From NCBI RefSeq assembly GCF_001194135.2, contig NC_068988.1, positions 16,784,513 to 16,848,512 of the forward strand: a DNA stretch of 64,000 bases, in the 5' to 3' direction. A program made the translations under genes and the position numbers. The stretch is from Octopus bimaculoides. Taxonomy: Eukaryota. Positions 10,121 to 25,255 of the stretch are shown here, one piece after another (the stretch's first letter is position 1; each line of letters starts with the position of its first letter). Under the pieces are notes generated by a model. The model saw only the letters and a list, made by a program, of their open reading frames with translations, did not search any database and was not told where the DNA came from.

Positions 10121-12877
10121 TGAGGAATCTCAAAAATATAAAATCTGATATGACCTGTTTAGCCCTAAAGCAATGGGCAACAAAACCTAATTGCATTATG
10201 CAATGGTGACTCATACTGATGGAATATGACCATAAATCTCATCTTTCGTTTTGAGTTCATGTTATGAAATATTTGGGGCATCGTAACCCTTTCCTTCCTC
10301 AACAAACACAGTAGTATATATCTGCCGTGCCCTTCAAGTGCACATGCCTATACTACTGCTAAATCGGGAATTTCTAGGCTTAAGTGTGCTGTGCATAGAG
10401 TTGTTGAAACGACTTTCCGCTAGTTTTGTATTGGTCACCATCTGCTTACACTTGTCATAGTATTGCTATATTTTCAGCATATACAAAGGGCCGATATTTT
10501 ATGAAAAGACAGAATTTGAAGGTTTTTCTGCACATGTAGTTCTCGAATGTAATATTAAGGTAACTGTAACTACATTTAACTAGGTATCTCATCTCATTGC
10601 AGTCTCAGTGAAATCGTAGAACATTACTTTGGAAAAACTGCCGAGGGGATAGAAGACCTCATATCGTTCTATAAGAAAGAGAAAAGAAAGTTTTAATGCG
10701 CATATCTTTCGTAAAGTTATCGGATATCTATGTGAGTTGAAATTGCTTCAAGTGAGGGCTTAAAATGCTTTGAATTCAATTATTTGGTATATGGTTCTTT
10801 ACATCCTTATTATACAAGTTATTAATTTAGTCAGAGATGAAGAAGCACTTAAAGCTCTTCTTTGGAGCTATTTCAAAATAAGTAGAGAAAGAAAAAGAGG
10901 AAAGAATAACTATTCATGTGTTAAGTTAATAAAAAGCAGCAAAAAGCCTCAGACTGAAAATTTCGCCTGAATTCTTGTTACAGATATTAATCGGTGAAAT
11001 GTACTTAAAAACAAGTTGATGGTGTTAAACCTGCCAGCCTTTAATCAATTTAACAACTTAAAAACAGATCTAAGTAATTTTATGCGCTTCTAATGATTTT
11101 AGTTGTTGCCAAATTTGAACCTGACATAGATACTTAGCACTGTGAAATCGCTGTTGAAATTACGTGATTGCAAATCAAAATTTGTAACTCGACAGTGATG
11201 GCGGCACATGCACTGAAAATCTTCTGTGGAATGAAATATTCGATTTAAATATCCGCAGTACATTACTGGTAATTATTTTTCAAATATTTTAGGTCGATTC
11301 AAAATCCAGTCGGATTCGAATTCAAACCATAAAAGAACACACCTCAATCGATGAGATATTTAGTCTGACGGAATTCCAATTTTGTCAACCAACATGTTAT
11401 AGATAAGTGTAGAGTGCCTATGCAGCTAATTCTAAGTTGTATGAAATTATCCGAATTGATCGAAGCAACTGTAGTACGTGACTTGCGCTTACTCTCTAGA
11501 AAAAGACAACACAAGTTCGGCCCAAAGAGATTTGAGCTCATAGTGTATGTGGTCTAAACCAGAATTTTTAAGCTTTTTATCCCAGAGGTCTGTGTTCTCT
11601 TCCACTTCGACTAATATTTTCTTTATAGGATTATAATTTATTTATTCAATTTATGTGTTTGTGCAACAACATTGTTCGCACAAAGTGTGTGGCTTATGAG
11701 TTTTAATGCAAATATCTTCGGAGAAAGATCTATTTTTTAGAATATTTTCTTTTCGTTTTGGTAATTAAATATTTGACTGTTTATTTTGTGATATTCTACT
11801 TCGAAATTGTTCACTTCGATGGCATATTGATTGAACGTGTACATTCATATATTAACGTCTTATGCCAATTTTATATTTATTTATTCATGTTTTCTGGGAG
11901 AACAGATTTCATAACCGAACAAATTATTTAAACAAGTACGTGTATGAAGGGAGTCTATTTAAAAATAATATAATGCTAACAATCACAATACATTTATTTC
12001 TTGCGTGTGCTTCCCTCTCTATATTTTTTCATTTCAGTCAAATAAACCACAATCGAATATTATTATCAAAACAATTAATAAATAAGAAAATGAAAGAAGC
12101 AAGAAACACAGACAAAAAGAATAGGAACTGAACCACAATAATTAATTCTACGTTATTGATTATATATTAAAAATTTCTACAATAGAAGAAGTGATGCAAA
12201 GTCTTCATATATCGATTTTATATTTATTTCTCTCAATGATTAAAAAAAATAATTGAATACTTTTATATGTTTATCAAATATGAAAATTTTAATTCACCGG
12301 AAAAAAAAAGAAAAAATTATGTCCGTAGGCTATAACAATTACCAATTATTATTATAAGCATAGTGGTATATGTAACAATGACTAAAAATTGATAGAAATT
12401 CAATCACAACACTTGAGAAACCCGCAAAATATGAGAAAACATTTCACAAGTAGTTGTCCACAAGTTATTCTTCAAACGAATATATCCAATTATAGCTTCT
12501 CGATAACTGTTGTATCTCTAATCTCAGGCACTCTCACTTAGTACTTCATGCTGTCTTCCTTTATATTTTCCCTCTTTATACTATTACCTTTCTTTCTGCT
12601 GATACACTCATATATACACACAAGTACACAAGTATTGTGTAGGAACGCAGCCAATGATGAAGTTATGTCTACGTTTATACAGTCTATGACGTACAAACTA
12701 CATGTACGATTCCAAATCCGCATATTTATATAGATGAATATACAATATAATACACACACTCACGCACACAGAGAAATATACACACTCATCTGTGCATACA
12801 TATATAATATATCTACACATGCACGCGTACGCAAACACACACATATGTATGTTTCTGTGTATACGTGTGCGAGTGTA

Positions 12878-12924
<47 letters not shown>

Positions 12925-13297
12925 CACAAAACCCCTTCAAATGAGCAACACAGAATCCACGGCTCCATACTTTGAAATGACTACTATTGGAACTTACATA
13001 CCATGTACAGGAAACGTTTTTACCACTTCTATACCACTTTACTCGAATAATGGAACTGAAACTACAACATTTTACATTTTATTTCAACTTTCTTTCTCTT
13101 ATTTCCTTCTATATTCTCTATCTCCTCCCTTTCCATAATAATTCCTTATTTTGAATTCAAATATTTACCTTTATTTAACCATCTCACATCGTCACATATG
13201 AAGGGATATCCATAACAGCTGTAAGACTATATAACTTTTCCTTATAAATGTCCTGAAAATTCCTCACAGCCTTGGCATCGTTATCTCATTTTGTCTA

Positions 13298-13351
<54 letters not shown>

Positions 13352-15174
13352 TATACCCGTATACACAAATATACACGGTTATACATATTAATATAATATA
13401 TATGTGTGAATGTATGTGTGTGTGTATATGTGTGTGTGTATGTGTGCATACATCTGCATGCCGGAAAAATTATATCTTTCTTTCTCATTCATCAAAATCA
13501 AACGCTAGAAGGAGAATTATTGTAGACACAATAACAATCGTATAGGTGTTGCTCTAACATGGCCGCAACTATCGGACAGGCACTGTATATGCAGATATAT
13601 GCATACAAAAATACCTACGTGCGCCTCTCTATGTATGTATATGACAGTGTTTGTAAGTGAGTGTATGCTTGTGTATATTCAATGTATATACAATGTATAT
13701 ACTATTTATATATTCTATTTGTGTAGACTTTAGTAACTAATATTAGATAGATTCATCTTACAACTTTAAATAAAAGCTAAAATATAAGCTGTGTTGTGTG
13801 CAAAAATGTATCTATGCCTCTGTGTGTGTATGTGTGTGTATGTGTTTGTGTGTTTTTAGATAAATATATGCGTGCATGTTTTTCGACGAATGTATGTATT
13901 TATCCATGTGTAGATGCGCACGCGTTTTCTAAGATACACAATCATATTCACATTCATAAAACTTGAGTTTTGTTTTTATGTACACGACTATCTCTTTTTT
14001 TTTTTATATATTATCGATGTATTATTTCTTGTATATCTTTCTAAGAATTTCTTGATGTATTTGCAAGATATGAGGACGCAGTGCATCTAATTTTCGACGT
14101 TTGCGATAGAAACGTGATTAGGGCAACCAGAAAGGTCAAATGAGAATATAGTCCCCAATAAAATCCATGGAAGTGTTGCTAAAAATACCGAACCATTGAC
14201 TGGTTCTTTGTGATTATAAATGGAGAACAAGGCGTAAGTGGTAAGTAGTCGCTGTGAATAGGATCTAGACAGAATATCTATAAACCGTTATTAACACAAT
14301 TATTAATGTTGTTTTTCTATCTTAATTTATCTTAAATATATACAAACACATACCGACGGACTTACACATATTATATACAAAACACACTTCCAAGCACCAC
14401 ACATGTATTTACATATACACTTATATCAACGTATATAAGTTCAGTTATTTCTCATTTATTCAAGGAGTCAAAAATGTACGTTCATATAATTATGCCTATG
14501 TATATACACAGGCACATGTATACATACACGCACATGCTAATACTCATACACGCGCACACACGCGCACACACATATACACACGCACACATTTCCTGATAAC
14601 GAAACACCTAGAATAGAATATTGTTTCTTCTTTGTTAGAAATTAGTTCCTTCTTTAGAACAACTGAAATAACTAATGATAGTAAACATACGTACACCCAA
14701 GTGTATATACGTAAATACATTCGTATGTATAGACATACGTACACACATGCGTATTGGTATCTATAAGTGTTGGTTGGTTTAAGTATCTGTGAGGTATAAA
14801 TGTGCTATTTTTGCACATATCTGTTAGTCAGCAGATGTAATCTATGACACTGGGTGCCAAGTTTGATAAAATTAAAATTGTTTACAGCGCTTTTAAAATT
14901 ATAAAATATTTAGGTAATGAAAGAGCAATTATATAGACGCCAAATATATTTTATCCCCACATTAATAAACATGGCTACGGTGTCAAATGATTCCAGTAAT
15001 ATAAATAATATCTGCGTGTTTAGGTGTGGAGTAACTGAAACCTTTCAGTAGGAGAATGAGGGTAGACAGTTGATTTTACTCATTTCTGATACAGTTTTCG
15101 ATAATTCATCCTATGCAAAAAGCACAGGATGAAGCTAATGGTAAATCGGAAACAAATTTCATAAAAGGGCTGCA

Positions 15175-15766
15175 CATTCTGGGTGGGGATAAGATTAGTT
15201 CCACCCTCGTCAACAAATATTTATTTCATCAACTCCGAAAGAATGAAAGGTAAAGTCAACCTCCTAGGAATTTGAACTCAGAACATAAAGACAGTCGAAC
15301 GGAGGCTTAGCATTTTGCCTGGCGTGCAAACTCATAGCCTTTGGTTTCAAATTTTGGCACAAAGAAAGCAAGTTCAGATAGAGGGTTTAGTGGAGTACAT
15401 CGACTCCACTGTTCAGTTGTTGCTTATGTTATCGACCCCGAAATGATGAATTGCAAAATCAGTTTCGGAGGAATTTGATCTCAAAAGGTAAAGGAGAACC
15501 AAAGCCCGGCGTACCGATGATTCTGCCAGCTTACCGACTTAATAGTAGTAGTAATGGTTTTTAGATTGGCCACAAGGTCAGAAAATTTGGGTGTGGGTTA
15601 AGTCGGTTACATTGACTCCAGTGTTCAACTGGTACATATTTCAACAACCACAATAAAATGAGAGTGAAAATCATTCTGGGCGGAATTTAATCTGAGGACA
15701 TAAAGACGGACAAAATGCCGTTAAGCACTTTGTCCGAATGGCTAACTTTTCTGCCGTCTCGCTGCT
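15175..15766 (-). mobile_element. Cluster of three same-orientation degenerate SINE-B copies
   Basis: Three repeats of reverse-complement motifs (GAATTTGAACTCAGAAC-like, CGACCCCGAAA, ACTCCAGTGTTCAACTGGTAC). Confidence 0.8.
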
Positions 15767-18488
15767 TTAATAATAATGATAATTTTAACTGAAATGAGCC
15801 GATGCAAAGAGGTGATAGTTTAGATGCGTAGGGATAAACTATACGTACGTAAATTCTGTTAATAAACTAAATTATCTCAGTTCAAATCATTCGCCCAAAT
15901 TATCTTTCCTTTACCTCCCCATTTTCTTATTTTATTTTTATTCCTTTGAAATTTCTAATGAGCAATATTTTTATTGCCCATTATAATAAAGATAGCGAGC
16001 ATATGAAATTATTCTTAATCAAAAAAATATGTCTTCTCTAGTAAAGAAGTTTAAAATACGGGCTTAATTGAAAACGTTCAGCTGCTAAGCAAAGGGACTG
16101 TCTCTGTTAAAATTACTTTCCTCTGGCTTACAAGTGAATGGAAAGCATTGCATGTTGGTTATCTTTCTATTGTTATATTACAAGGCCACACAGATGTCTT
16201 AATTCAAATATAGTGATTAGGTTAAAATATTGTAATTAGGGTAAAAATATTTTGATTAGGATGTAAATATGGAACAATTCCAAATATAGTCTGTAAAATG
16301 ATCAGTCAAAGCACAAACTCACATTCGAGACGTGAGACACAACATTATTCAACATGTGTGTCCTGAAGTTATCATTTGCATGTTTTACATTTGTGTAACC
16401 TGTTGGCGATGTTCTTCAGACAAATAGAACATAACATAAAATATTGAACCACAACACTTAGACAGTAGTTATTCACATCTTGACAGAAATATTGAAATAA
16501 ATATAAAGATGTAAAAAACAAATAAACAAACAAAAAACATCGAAATGCTGTTCAAATCTGAATTCTTAATAATTGCGCCATTCACCGTAGGATTCACATC
16601 ACTGTGACTAAATGTCTCAAGACTCTTGACTGATATCCAACTCATTGATATAATTCAAAAATAGAAAACCTCCTTGTTAATTTGTAAAGAAAGTTTAAAT
16701 AGAAATGTTTCGACTAATAAAAGAAAATAATATTTATCTTAATGAAAGAAATGGTTTCGCTGTTCGAAATGTCCTCTATTAATATGAAACAAAGAAGTAT
16801 ATTAATGAAGAAATAAGAAGTAAACACGCGTTAGAAAATATATTACAAAATAAGGTGAGACAATCTAATCAATATTTTTGTCAATAAAAAATAGTAGCAA
16901 TAATTACAAGAAAAAACAAACAAAAAGTACAAGCAAAATAACCAAAATAAAAAGCGAAGAAATGTTCTTTTTCAAACAATTATTTCCGCGGTTCTATAGA
17001 TCCCCAGACTTTCATTTTGATTTTTCGCAAACAAAATACAGAAAAGGAAATCTTGTCAAAATATCTAATCTTAGCAATTCCAACGAAAATAGAATATTTG
17101 ATTAAGCTGTGTCGATTAATGCCAAATAGAAGAGAAAGGTTGATTTTTCCAAAGCTTTCTTTCTAATAAATTTATTGTTACTGTTTATTTAACCTTCGCA
17201 CCGAATTCGGTTTCACCTTCACCACTTTGTTAAAAAGGGGAATGAAATTTTCAGTATAATTGTTTATTCCTAAAGAGAATTGTTTGTGTAAGTTAGTGTA
17301 AGTATTTGGGTTCAGATAAATATATTTTCTCCTGAGTATAATGCATTTAGATATAAACTTGTGATTTAGTATGATTTAGAGCTACGGGATGGCTGAGTCG
17401 ATAGGGCATTTCACTATAACTTAGTGTCGAGTTTGATCGATCGTTGCTGTGAATAAATGTGTGTAGAAAATTGAAGTATCTTATAGAAATAGAAACAAAC
17501 AGATATAAATTGTCTTAAAACATTAGATTGAAGCCAGCAGTAGTAGTAGGTATATAATCCTATTATGACAGCTAAGCAAATGCAGTCAAAATTCAGTTCA
17601 CATTGAAATGTAATGTACCTTGTTACTATGTGTATAGTACATTATCTTTAAAAATTAAAACATATACATTTCGAAGTTGTGGAAATATTTTCTATAACAT
17701 GCCTTCGGAAGCTAAGGATTTAATGTAACTGCGATAGATAACGATAAATGTATGTCTTAAATCATGTTTAGCAGCTACACATGGACTTATTGTTATTCAC
17801 ATCTGTTTACATAAATATTCATAAGTTCATCTATCCATAAAGAAGAGTGTTATTTATACCAGGTCATCAATCACGTATATATACTAAATTGATTGGATAT
17901 TCCATCAAATATTAATTCTTTGCTTTCATTTGTTTGCGAGAGGTTTCTAAAATTTGGTGATGGATGGCAAACATTTGGTTGTATGTTAGCACTGAGGATC
18001 ATGCACTCGTTGCTTCCAGTGCTGAAACAGGCGGCTTTTATTATCCTTGGAGACATATTTATTCATACACAAATAAGAAACAGAGCATTAACATGCGAAA
18101 TATGGGGTTTGAAAGATTGTGACACTGACATATAATATATCACGTGTTCCACATGGCAATTCAGCAAAATATATAGCACTTGGTGAAATTCCTATTGTCT
18201 TTCTAATGACAGAAAATAATTCACTCTCACAAAAACCGATTATTTGAAAATATGATCAGAGTTAGTGTGGAAATGCTTAACGCAACTGTCGAATCGAGCT
18301 AAATATTATATATTTCACGGACAAAAAAAAAAAAAAAGCTCAAGTTTATATAGTGTAACCATATTTGAATAATTCACCAATCCGACTAATAAATTTTAAA
18401 AGTTCGGTCAGGAAGAGATTGTTATTACACAAACCAGTTCACATGAATTTCTCAAATAAAAAAAAAGAAGAAAAAGAACGTTAAACGT

Positions 18489-18870
18489 GGAGACGCAATG
18501 ACCCAGTGGTTAGGGCAGCGGACTCGCGGTCATAGGATCGTGGTTTCGATTCCCAGACCGGACGTTGTGAGTGTTTATTGAGTGAAAACACCTAAAGCTC
18601 CACGAGGCAGGGGATGGTGACGAACCCTGCTGTACTCTTCCACCACAAGTTTCTCTCACTCCTACTTCCTGTTTCTGTTGTGCCTGTAATTCAAAGGGTC
18701 AGCTTTGTCACACTGTGTCACGCTGAATATCCCCGAGAACTACGTTAAGGGTACACGTGTCTGTGGAGTGCTCAGCCACTTGCACGTAAATTTCACGAGC
18801 AGGCTGTTCCGTTGATCGGATCAACTGGAACCCTTGACTTCGTAAGCGACGCAGTGCCAACAAAAAACAA
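18489..18870 (+). mobile_element. SINE-C, near full length, tRNA-derived
   Basis: A-box TGACCCAGTGGTTAG, B-box GGTTTCGATTCCC, unique body, and a tail ending GTGCCAACAAAAAACAA. The tail is shared with 9271-9583. Confidence 0.85.
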
Positions 18871-19806
18871 TATATGTTAAATATTTCTTTCATTTAATGC
18901 ATTTAATTCCATTTTTACAATATTGTTTGCATGTGTATATGTAATCATATTGCAAATCTGTGTGTTTTAAAATGTCAATACCCATCACAGACACAACATG
19001 ATTACAGAACAGTGATATATTCCTGATACATACCATATACAATTACGCTCTGATATTACAATTTCATTTCCTCTATTAAATCCTCTATTGCTGTCAGCAC
19101 AACTGTAAGCCAGCCTTCTCCAAACATTGCTCACTTTTCTTTTAGCTTCAATGCAACCGTTTGCCACTGTTGTCATGTCATCCTGGAGGATAGTATAAAG
19201 CGTCTTGACAATTTTTGCATATTTAACATTTTTTTTTGGCAGTGAGATTAAGTATTGAATTACTAGTGTGGTAGCAGAGTACTGTTTGTTTGCCGTAATG
19301 TTATTTTATAACGATTGTAAACAATTCATCTGTAGGATGTGCGTTGATGCACTTTATATATGAAAGTGTATAATTAATAGCAATACCCATCTTGTAAGGA
19401 AGAATCTAGAAGTAATTACATACCACGGTGGTGCTCCAGCATGACCACAGCCACTTGGCTGAAACAAATAAATAAATAAATAAAAATAAACTGTACACGC
19501 TTTTTGTTCTGCCCTCCACAGTCAGGCACCCTCAAGCCACTTGACTTTCGTTTTCTTATCATTGCTGGTGCATACAATTCCATGGCTTCGCACTGGCCAC
19601 TCATTTGTTTCTGACCTCATCAACCTTCATCATGCTCATATGCTGTTATGCTGCAATAGTTTAAAAGGAAAATCTATGTCGTCGAGTTCACCGGTTTTCA
19701 AGAACCTTAAAATTTTATGAAGAATAATTCCTCCTCGAAATTTAACAACTGCACATACATACATACATACATGCACGCACACACATATATATGAAATTGA
19801 TAATTA

Positions 19807-19849
<43 letters not shown>

Positions 19850-19865
19850 GTATATAGTTATATTA

Positions 19866-20422
19866 AGCGAGCAAGGACGAAAAACGACCTATCTTCAATA
19901 TGCTTCAATGCGGAGGCATACAGACACTACCGGTAAACTCTATTCTAGGCGAGCGAGTGAAAAATCATTGAAAAGGCTTCACATTAATTGTGAATTGGAT
20001 CCAATTCCTAGATTAAGGCCGTACAACAAGATTTTTCCTTCGTCAGCACAATACACGAGAAATATAAATACAAATAATGATACGTGCCCGTACAAAACAG
20101 CTTCGCACGTCCACATAGAAATATTTGCACGTACACATTAACGATAAGTCAGATTAATACTTTATCAGGACAAACAGCGTATATTATCGAAACAGCTCCG
20201 CATAAAATGCTATTTGCATTTATATTTCTCTTGTATTGTGCTGACGAAGGAAAAAAGGCTCTTTTGCGGCTTTAATCTAGAAATTGGACCCAATTCATAA
20301 TTAACGTGAAGAGTTTTTAATACTTTTACACTCGGTATATAATTTTGGAGTTTTTCTATAGTATCGTAATGCCTTGGCTTTCAAGCATGTTGGAGATAGG
20401 CCATTTTTTGTTTCACTCTTGA
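19866..20422. mobile_element. Non-autonomous foldback/MITE-like element with about 200-bp imperfect terminal inverted repeats (about 19870-20076 / 20211-20420)
   Basis: For example TTCCTTCGTCAGCACAATACACGAGAAATATAAATACAAATA versus the reverse complement of TATTTGCATTTATATTTCTCTTGTATTGTGCTGACGAAGGAA. Similarity continues outward through CCTATCT(T/C)CAA(T/C)ATGCTT. Confidence 0.8.
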
Positions 20423-20667
20423 TTCCTTAGTACAATTATATACATACATATATAATTATTAATTTAATGTTTAAAATACTTATAAATTTTTTTTGTATGC
20501 TGACTACCTGATAAAAATCATTGTGATTTTATCCTTATATTCTAGTATGGATTAATAAATAATATATATATGTATGCATGTATGTATGCATATATGTATG
20601 TGTGTGCATATTTTTATATATAAATATATATATGTGTATACATGTAAATATATATATATGCATGTAA

Positions 20668-20711
<44 letters not shown>

Positions 20712-21677
20712 AATTTGGTTTAGAATTTGTCTTGTAGATCGGAGAATGTTCAATAGATTTGTTCGATTGATGAGTACATCAATATAATAAACTCTTAGGA
20801 TCATCGTTATTCGAATTGCTTTTTTCCATCCAATATTGAAGTACACAGTAGCCTTAATTTTCTAAATAAAATATGTTGTAGTCTTTTCCTATTGGGAGTC
20901 GTAGTTAACGTCGAAATAGATGAAACGCTGCGTAAGTTCCAGCGCTGTCTAAATAAATATTTTATGTTCGTCTAGTACCAGTGGAAGAAACGATTGTCTG
21001 CAAGCGCTTTGTTTAAATTCATCTTAATGAATCTCTTCGGTGTGCGTTCAAAGAAACAATTTTAGTAGAAAATATTGTCATTTTTGGCTTGTACTAATGA
21101 ACACGGTTTTTTTATTTTGTATTCGTATCCTCTTCTAACCAAAACATATCTCATAGTTCAGAATCGTATCTGTTATTCAACCTTGTCTACCAATGCAAAT
21201 TACTCTGTATAAAATAAATTATTTTAACTTCAAACAGCTACCAATATTCTAAATGAATTTGCCTAAAATAATATTCGAATATAATTCAATCTGAACCTGG
21301 ACTTTGCTGAATATAGCAAGAAAGAGAAGTGACCACCGTACCTCTCTTCTCACGCCTATTGTAATATCATGTTGTTGATGTTCTTCAGCCACATTATAGA
21401 CCAAATCGAGCAAACTAAAGATCAAAGGTAATGGAGCCAAAATCATGGTGTGGTTTTTTTAAAAAGGATATTGAATACGCGTTGTATAATCTAATTTTTC
21501 TTCTTTATCAAGACGGTAGCTGGATTTGCAAGAGAAATTGGGGTACTATTTCATTCTTACTAAACCGAATCAATGTAATAACGCAGCGTTGTTCGGCCGT
21601 TTAGACAACAGTTCAACTGAGGTAAAGCCACATAATGCCCAAACAGATATCTATAAAAAGATAGGACAAAAGCAGTG

Positions 21678-21680
<3 letters not shown>

Positions 21681-21734
<54 letters not shown>

Positions 21735-21753
21735 NNNNNNNNNNGAGAGAGAA

Positions 21754-21800
<47 letters not shown>

Positions 21801-21801
21801 A
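21681..21801. repeat. (AG)n microsatellite with small gap
   Basis: Directly visible. Confidence 0.95.
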
Positions 21802-22379
21802 GGAGTGACTGAGTAAAATAGAGAGAAATGAAATAAGGAGGGCAAGAATGGCGACATAGCTATTCCGAAAGACTAGTTAAGGACACTTTTAGTCATCAAA
21901 ACTACATTTAAGGTAGTAGTGCATTCCAACTCCTCTATGATTCACCTATAGTGCATGTCTGTACACGAGAACAAAAACTGCAATATACAGATAAATTCAC
22001 TTGGAAGACACTATTCTGCTAATGAGTAACTGCAACAAAAATATTGATTGCGCTAGGAAGATATTTGCCATAAATGTAATTATCTATAAGGCAAAGAAAA
22101 AGAAAATATTAATGAACCACTGTATAGTGTTGAAGGTAAAACTATAAAAAAAAGAAATTATTTAATAAGATTCATTAATCAAATGAGAGTCGTATGTTTC
22201 TAGTAGACAGAGTTTTAACTAAAGCTATTGATGAACATCTCTAACAATTCACTGCTAAACAGTTGTTTTAGAAAAATATATGGAAATATGAAATCGTGGT
22301 AGATAGATGTGCAGCATACACACTAACACGTACATACACGCGCATAAATACATACATATATATATATATACATACATAC

Positions 22380-22434
<55 letters not shown>

Positions 22435-22794
22435 TGCATAAAAATAAACACTGGAAGAAAATTCAACAAGCGTGTGAAATAGAGTGAATGAGAGAGAAAG
22501 AGAAAGAAAGAAAGAAAGAGAGCGAGAAGGTATCACTGAAAGGAAGATAGTTGTGTGTAAATAAATAAACATACCAAGGTGTATCTACATATTCGTTACT
22601 GAAGAAAGGAAAAAATTCTTTGACTTTGAAGACAAGTTTAAACATATGTTTTTATCTATTGGGAGATTCATTACGATAATCAAAGTCGCACAGCTACAGG
22701 ATAAATTTCCCTTCTTTTTACTATAACTAGTTACGTACGTGCGTCGAACAAAATACTGAGCTGCATATCTTCCTTTTATTTACCTTTTTAAGTT

Positions 22795-23330
22795 AAAATT
22801 TAGGCAAGTTGACTTTGCCTTCTGTCTTCCCGGAGTCGATGAAATGAGTAACAATTAAGGAATGGGGTTGACGTAATGGACTTACCTCCATCCCTAACAT
22901 TGCTGGCCCTGTGCCAAAATATGAAGCCTTTATTACTCGTTATGCAGCGGAGACAAGATGGCAGAATTATTAGCCAATCCGACTGTGATATTTCGTCCGT
23001 GTCATTATGTTCTGTATACAAAACTTTATCTCTCCGGAGCAGATAAAAGAAGGTACCAGTCAGACAGTTCAGGTAAACCTTCTTCGGTATCAGCTAAATC
23101 TTCTTCAAACCATTCATTTTCAGAATAATTGGGTGCAACTTGATTTTCATTATTTTCTGCTTCCACTTCATCCGTCCTTACGTTCTGAGTTCAAATTCAA
23201 CCGAGGTCGACATTGCCTTTCATCCTTTCGGGGCTGATGAAATGCTTAGCCATTACGTACTGAGGTCGATGTAATCGACTAGCCTCTTTCTCCAAAATTT
23301 CAGTCCTTGTGCCTATAAGAGAAAGAATTG
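22795..23330 (+). mobile_element. Two SINE-B copies (about 22795-22935 and 23140-23330)
   Basis: GACTTTGCCTT, CGTTCTGAGTTCAAATTC, GGTCGATGTAATCGACT and CCTTGTGCC motifs. Confidence 0.8.
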
Positions 23331-25255
23331 TTCTCTTCTTCACGTTTTTCCAATTTCTCTCTATATAAACATTTATTTCACAACTTACTATAATAGCTCT
23401 TTACAAACATATTTTAATGACATTTTAAGCGCAGAAATTCTCTTCGTTTGACAGAATAGGAATATTCTTGCTTTATAAGGGAACGATTCGTAAAGTGATA
23501 GAGTTAAGAAAAATACCTTCTATTGTTTGAACGGATTTCACCGTTATCAAGCATGTAGTTTTTTGAGCTAATTTTATCCTCTTCCAAGTATTCGTACTAC
23601 TTCACTAGCTTTTCCCCCAGTGGCTAAAGTCCTACAAGAAGTTAATGGCGCTACCCTGCATTCTCTAATTAAACTCGGAAAAATATTATCGCAGCTGATA
23701 CTGTTATCAAATATTTCGATTTCTTATATTTCTCTCTATTCTTATCACGTCTCTCTATGAATGTTAGAGATAATGATTGAATCAGTTGCCATAAGCCATG
23801 CACTCGATAAATAATTATCCATCTCAAAATATGCACTGAAATACAGAAGAAATATCAGTAGAGAGTGAGTATAGCTTACTTTAAGTTCTTAATGTATTTC
23901 TATCATTTCACTGACGTTGTTAACTAAATCATTCCACTCTCCATAAAAATTCGATGTGTCAAAACCCATTCTGACCTGTCTCAGCTGATAAATCTGTGTG
24001 GCGCTTGTAATCAGTGCGGTTAGTTTATATGATTAATGATTAGAGAGGAAAGGCCAAGCAATTAAATCAGCTACACTAATGCTTAGAGAGAAAGTTAATT
24101 CCACCTCGTATTATTGCTATATCAAATCTTATGACTCGATTTAAGATCTTACTTCTTTCTAATACTTTGTAGTTTGGGGATTTGAAGAGCAATTAAAATC
24201 AATTTAGATTGTACAAAATTAATCCATCATGGTATAAATGTTAGTGTTCCCTAATCAACGCGTTTAGGTAAACTCGTAGCAGAATCACCTTTCGCTTTTG
24301 CAAATATTGGGTCATTATGAAAAGTATCAGGTATACACGAGTTATTATTAAAACTTACACTCCCCTTCTACACTTGCATTCTTTGTGCTAGTATTCAATA
24401 AAAGAAATCGATGTAATCAATCCAAGCAGCAATTAAGTGTAAATCAAATACGAAAATCTGAGAAGTTGTGATATTTGTTCATTATATTTCCAATCTGGAA
24501 ATCAACGAATTCTGACAGATACGCCTACTCACACAACATGTTTGATGTTTCGCATTGTTTTAATTTAATTTTACGAAATTGAATGTTTATTCAAATTTTA
24601 TTATACAAACTTTTACTGAATTTTCAAATAGAATTTGTTTTGAAAATATTAAATTATTTATTTCAAACTTTTAACTTAATACTAAAACATATTTGATGAA
24701 ATAATTATTTCTATTGATTCTAATTTAGCTACTAGACGAACAAATTTGAGGGTAGGGGATTAGTCAATACAAATGACCCCTGCATTTCACTGGGTCGACG
24801 ATGGTTAAGGAAGCTGCATTGAAAATTTCCCCCCGCTGAGATTCGAAACCAGAACGGAAAAAGTCACAAGAAATACCATAAAATCATTTTGTTTGACACT
24901 CAAAACTATTTGTCAATCCGCCACCCAGCTTATTTGAAGTAAAGTTGCTATAACTTTTTACATTTTTTTACACATGATGTGAATAAGGGTATTTCAACTG
25001 GGATTTGAAATTGTGTGAGAATTGGCTTGGTGCACATCTCTCAATATTTCAATTGGAATCTTTATTATAGACCAAGTTTACATACTGGATTTTTACATGG
25101 CATTCAATTCTAAAATTCATAACTAAGATGAACTGAAAGGTAGTTAATTCGATGAAAATTTATAAAAAAAATATCATTCAAATTTTTAAACATCGCTCGT
25201 TTGTTTAGTGTTTATGATGTTAAGTGAAGTATTGAAGACAAACAAGTATTACTAT

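Noticed and set aside
14045-14140. Possible exon EFLDVFARYEDAVHLIFDVCDRNVIRATRK
   Set aside because: Weak donor, no recognisable family, and no supporting neighbouring exons.
16470-16645. Minus-strand 57-aa frame ending in a hydrophobic stretch
   Set aside because: The hydrophobic part is just the antisense of an A-rich tract.
18489-18560. tRNA gene
   Set aside because: A and B boxes are present but there is no acceptor-stem closure, and it continues into a SINE body.
21340-21446. MILAPLPLIFSLLDLVYNVAEE..., reminiscent of a protocadherin signal peptide and EC1 start
   Set aside because: Similarity is limited to DLVYNVAEE. No downstream cadherin motifs (LDRE, DxNDN), and protocadherin ectodomains are normally one very long exon.
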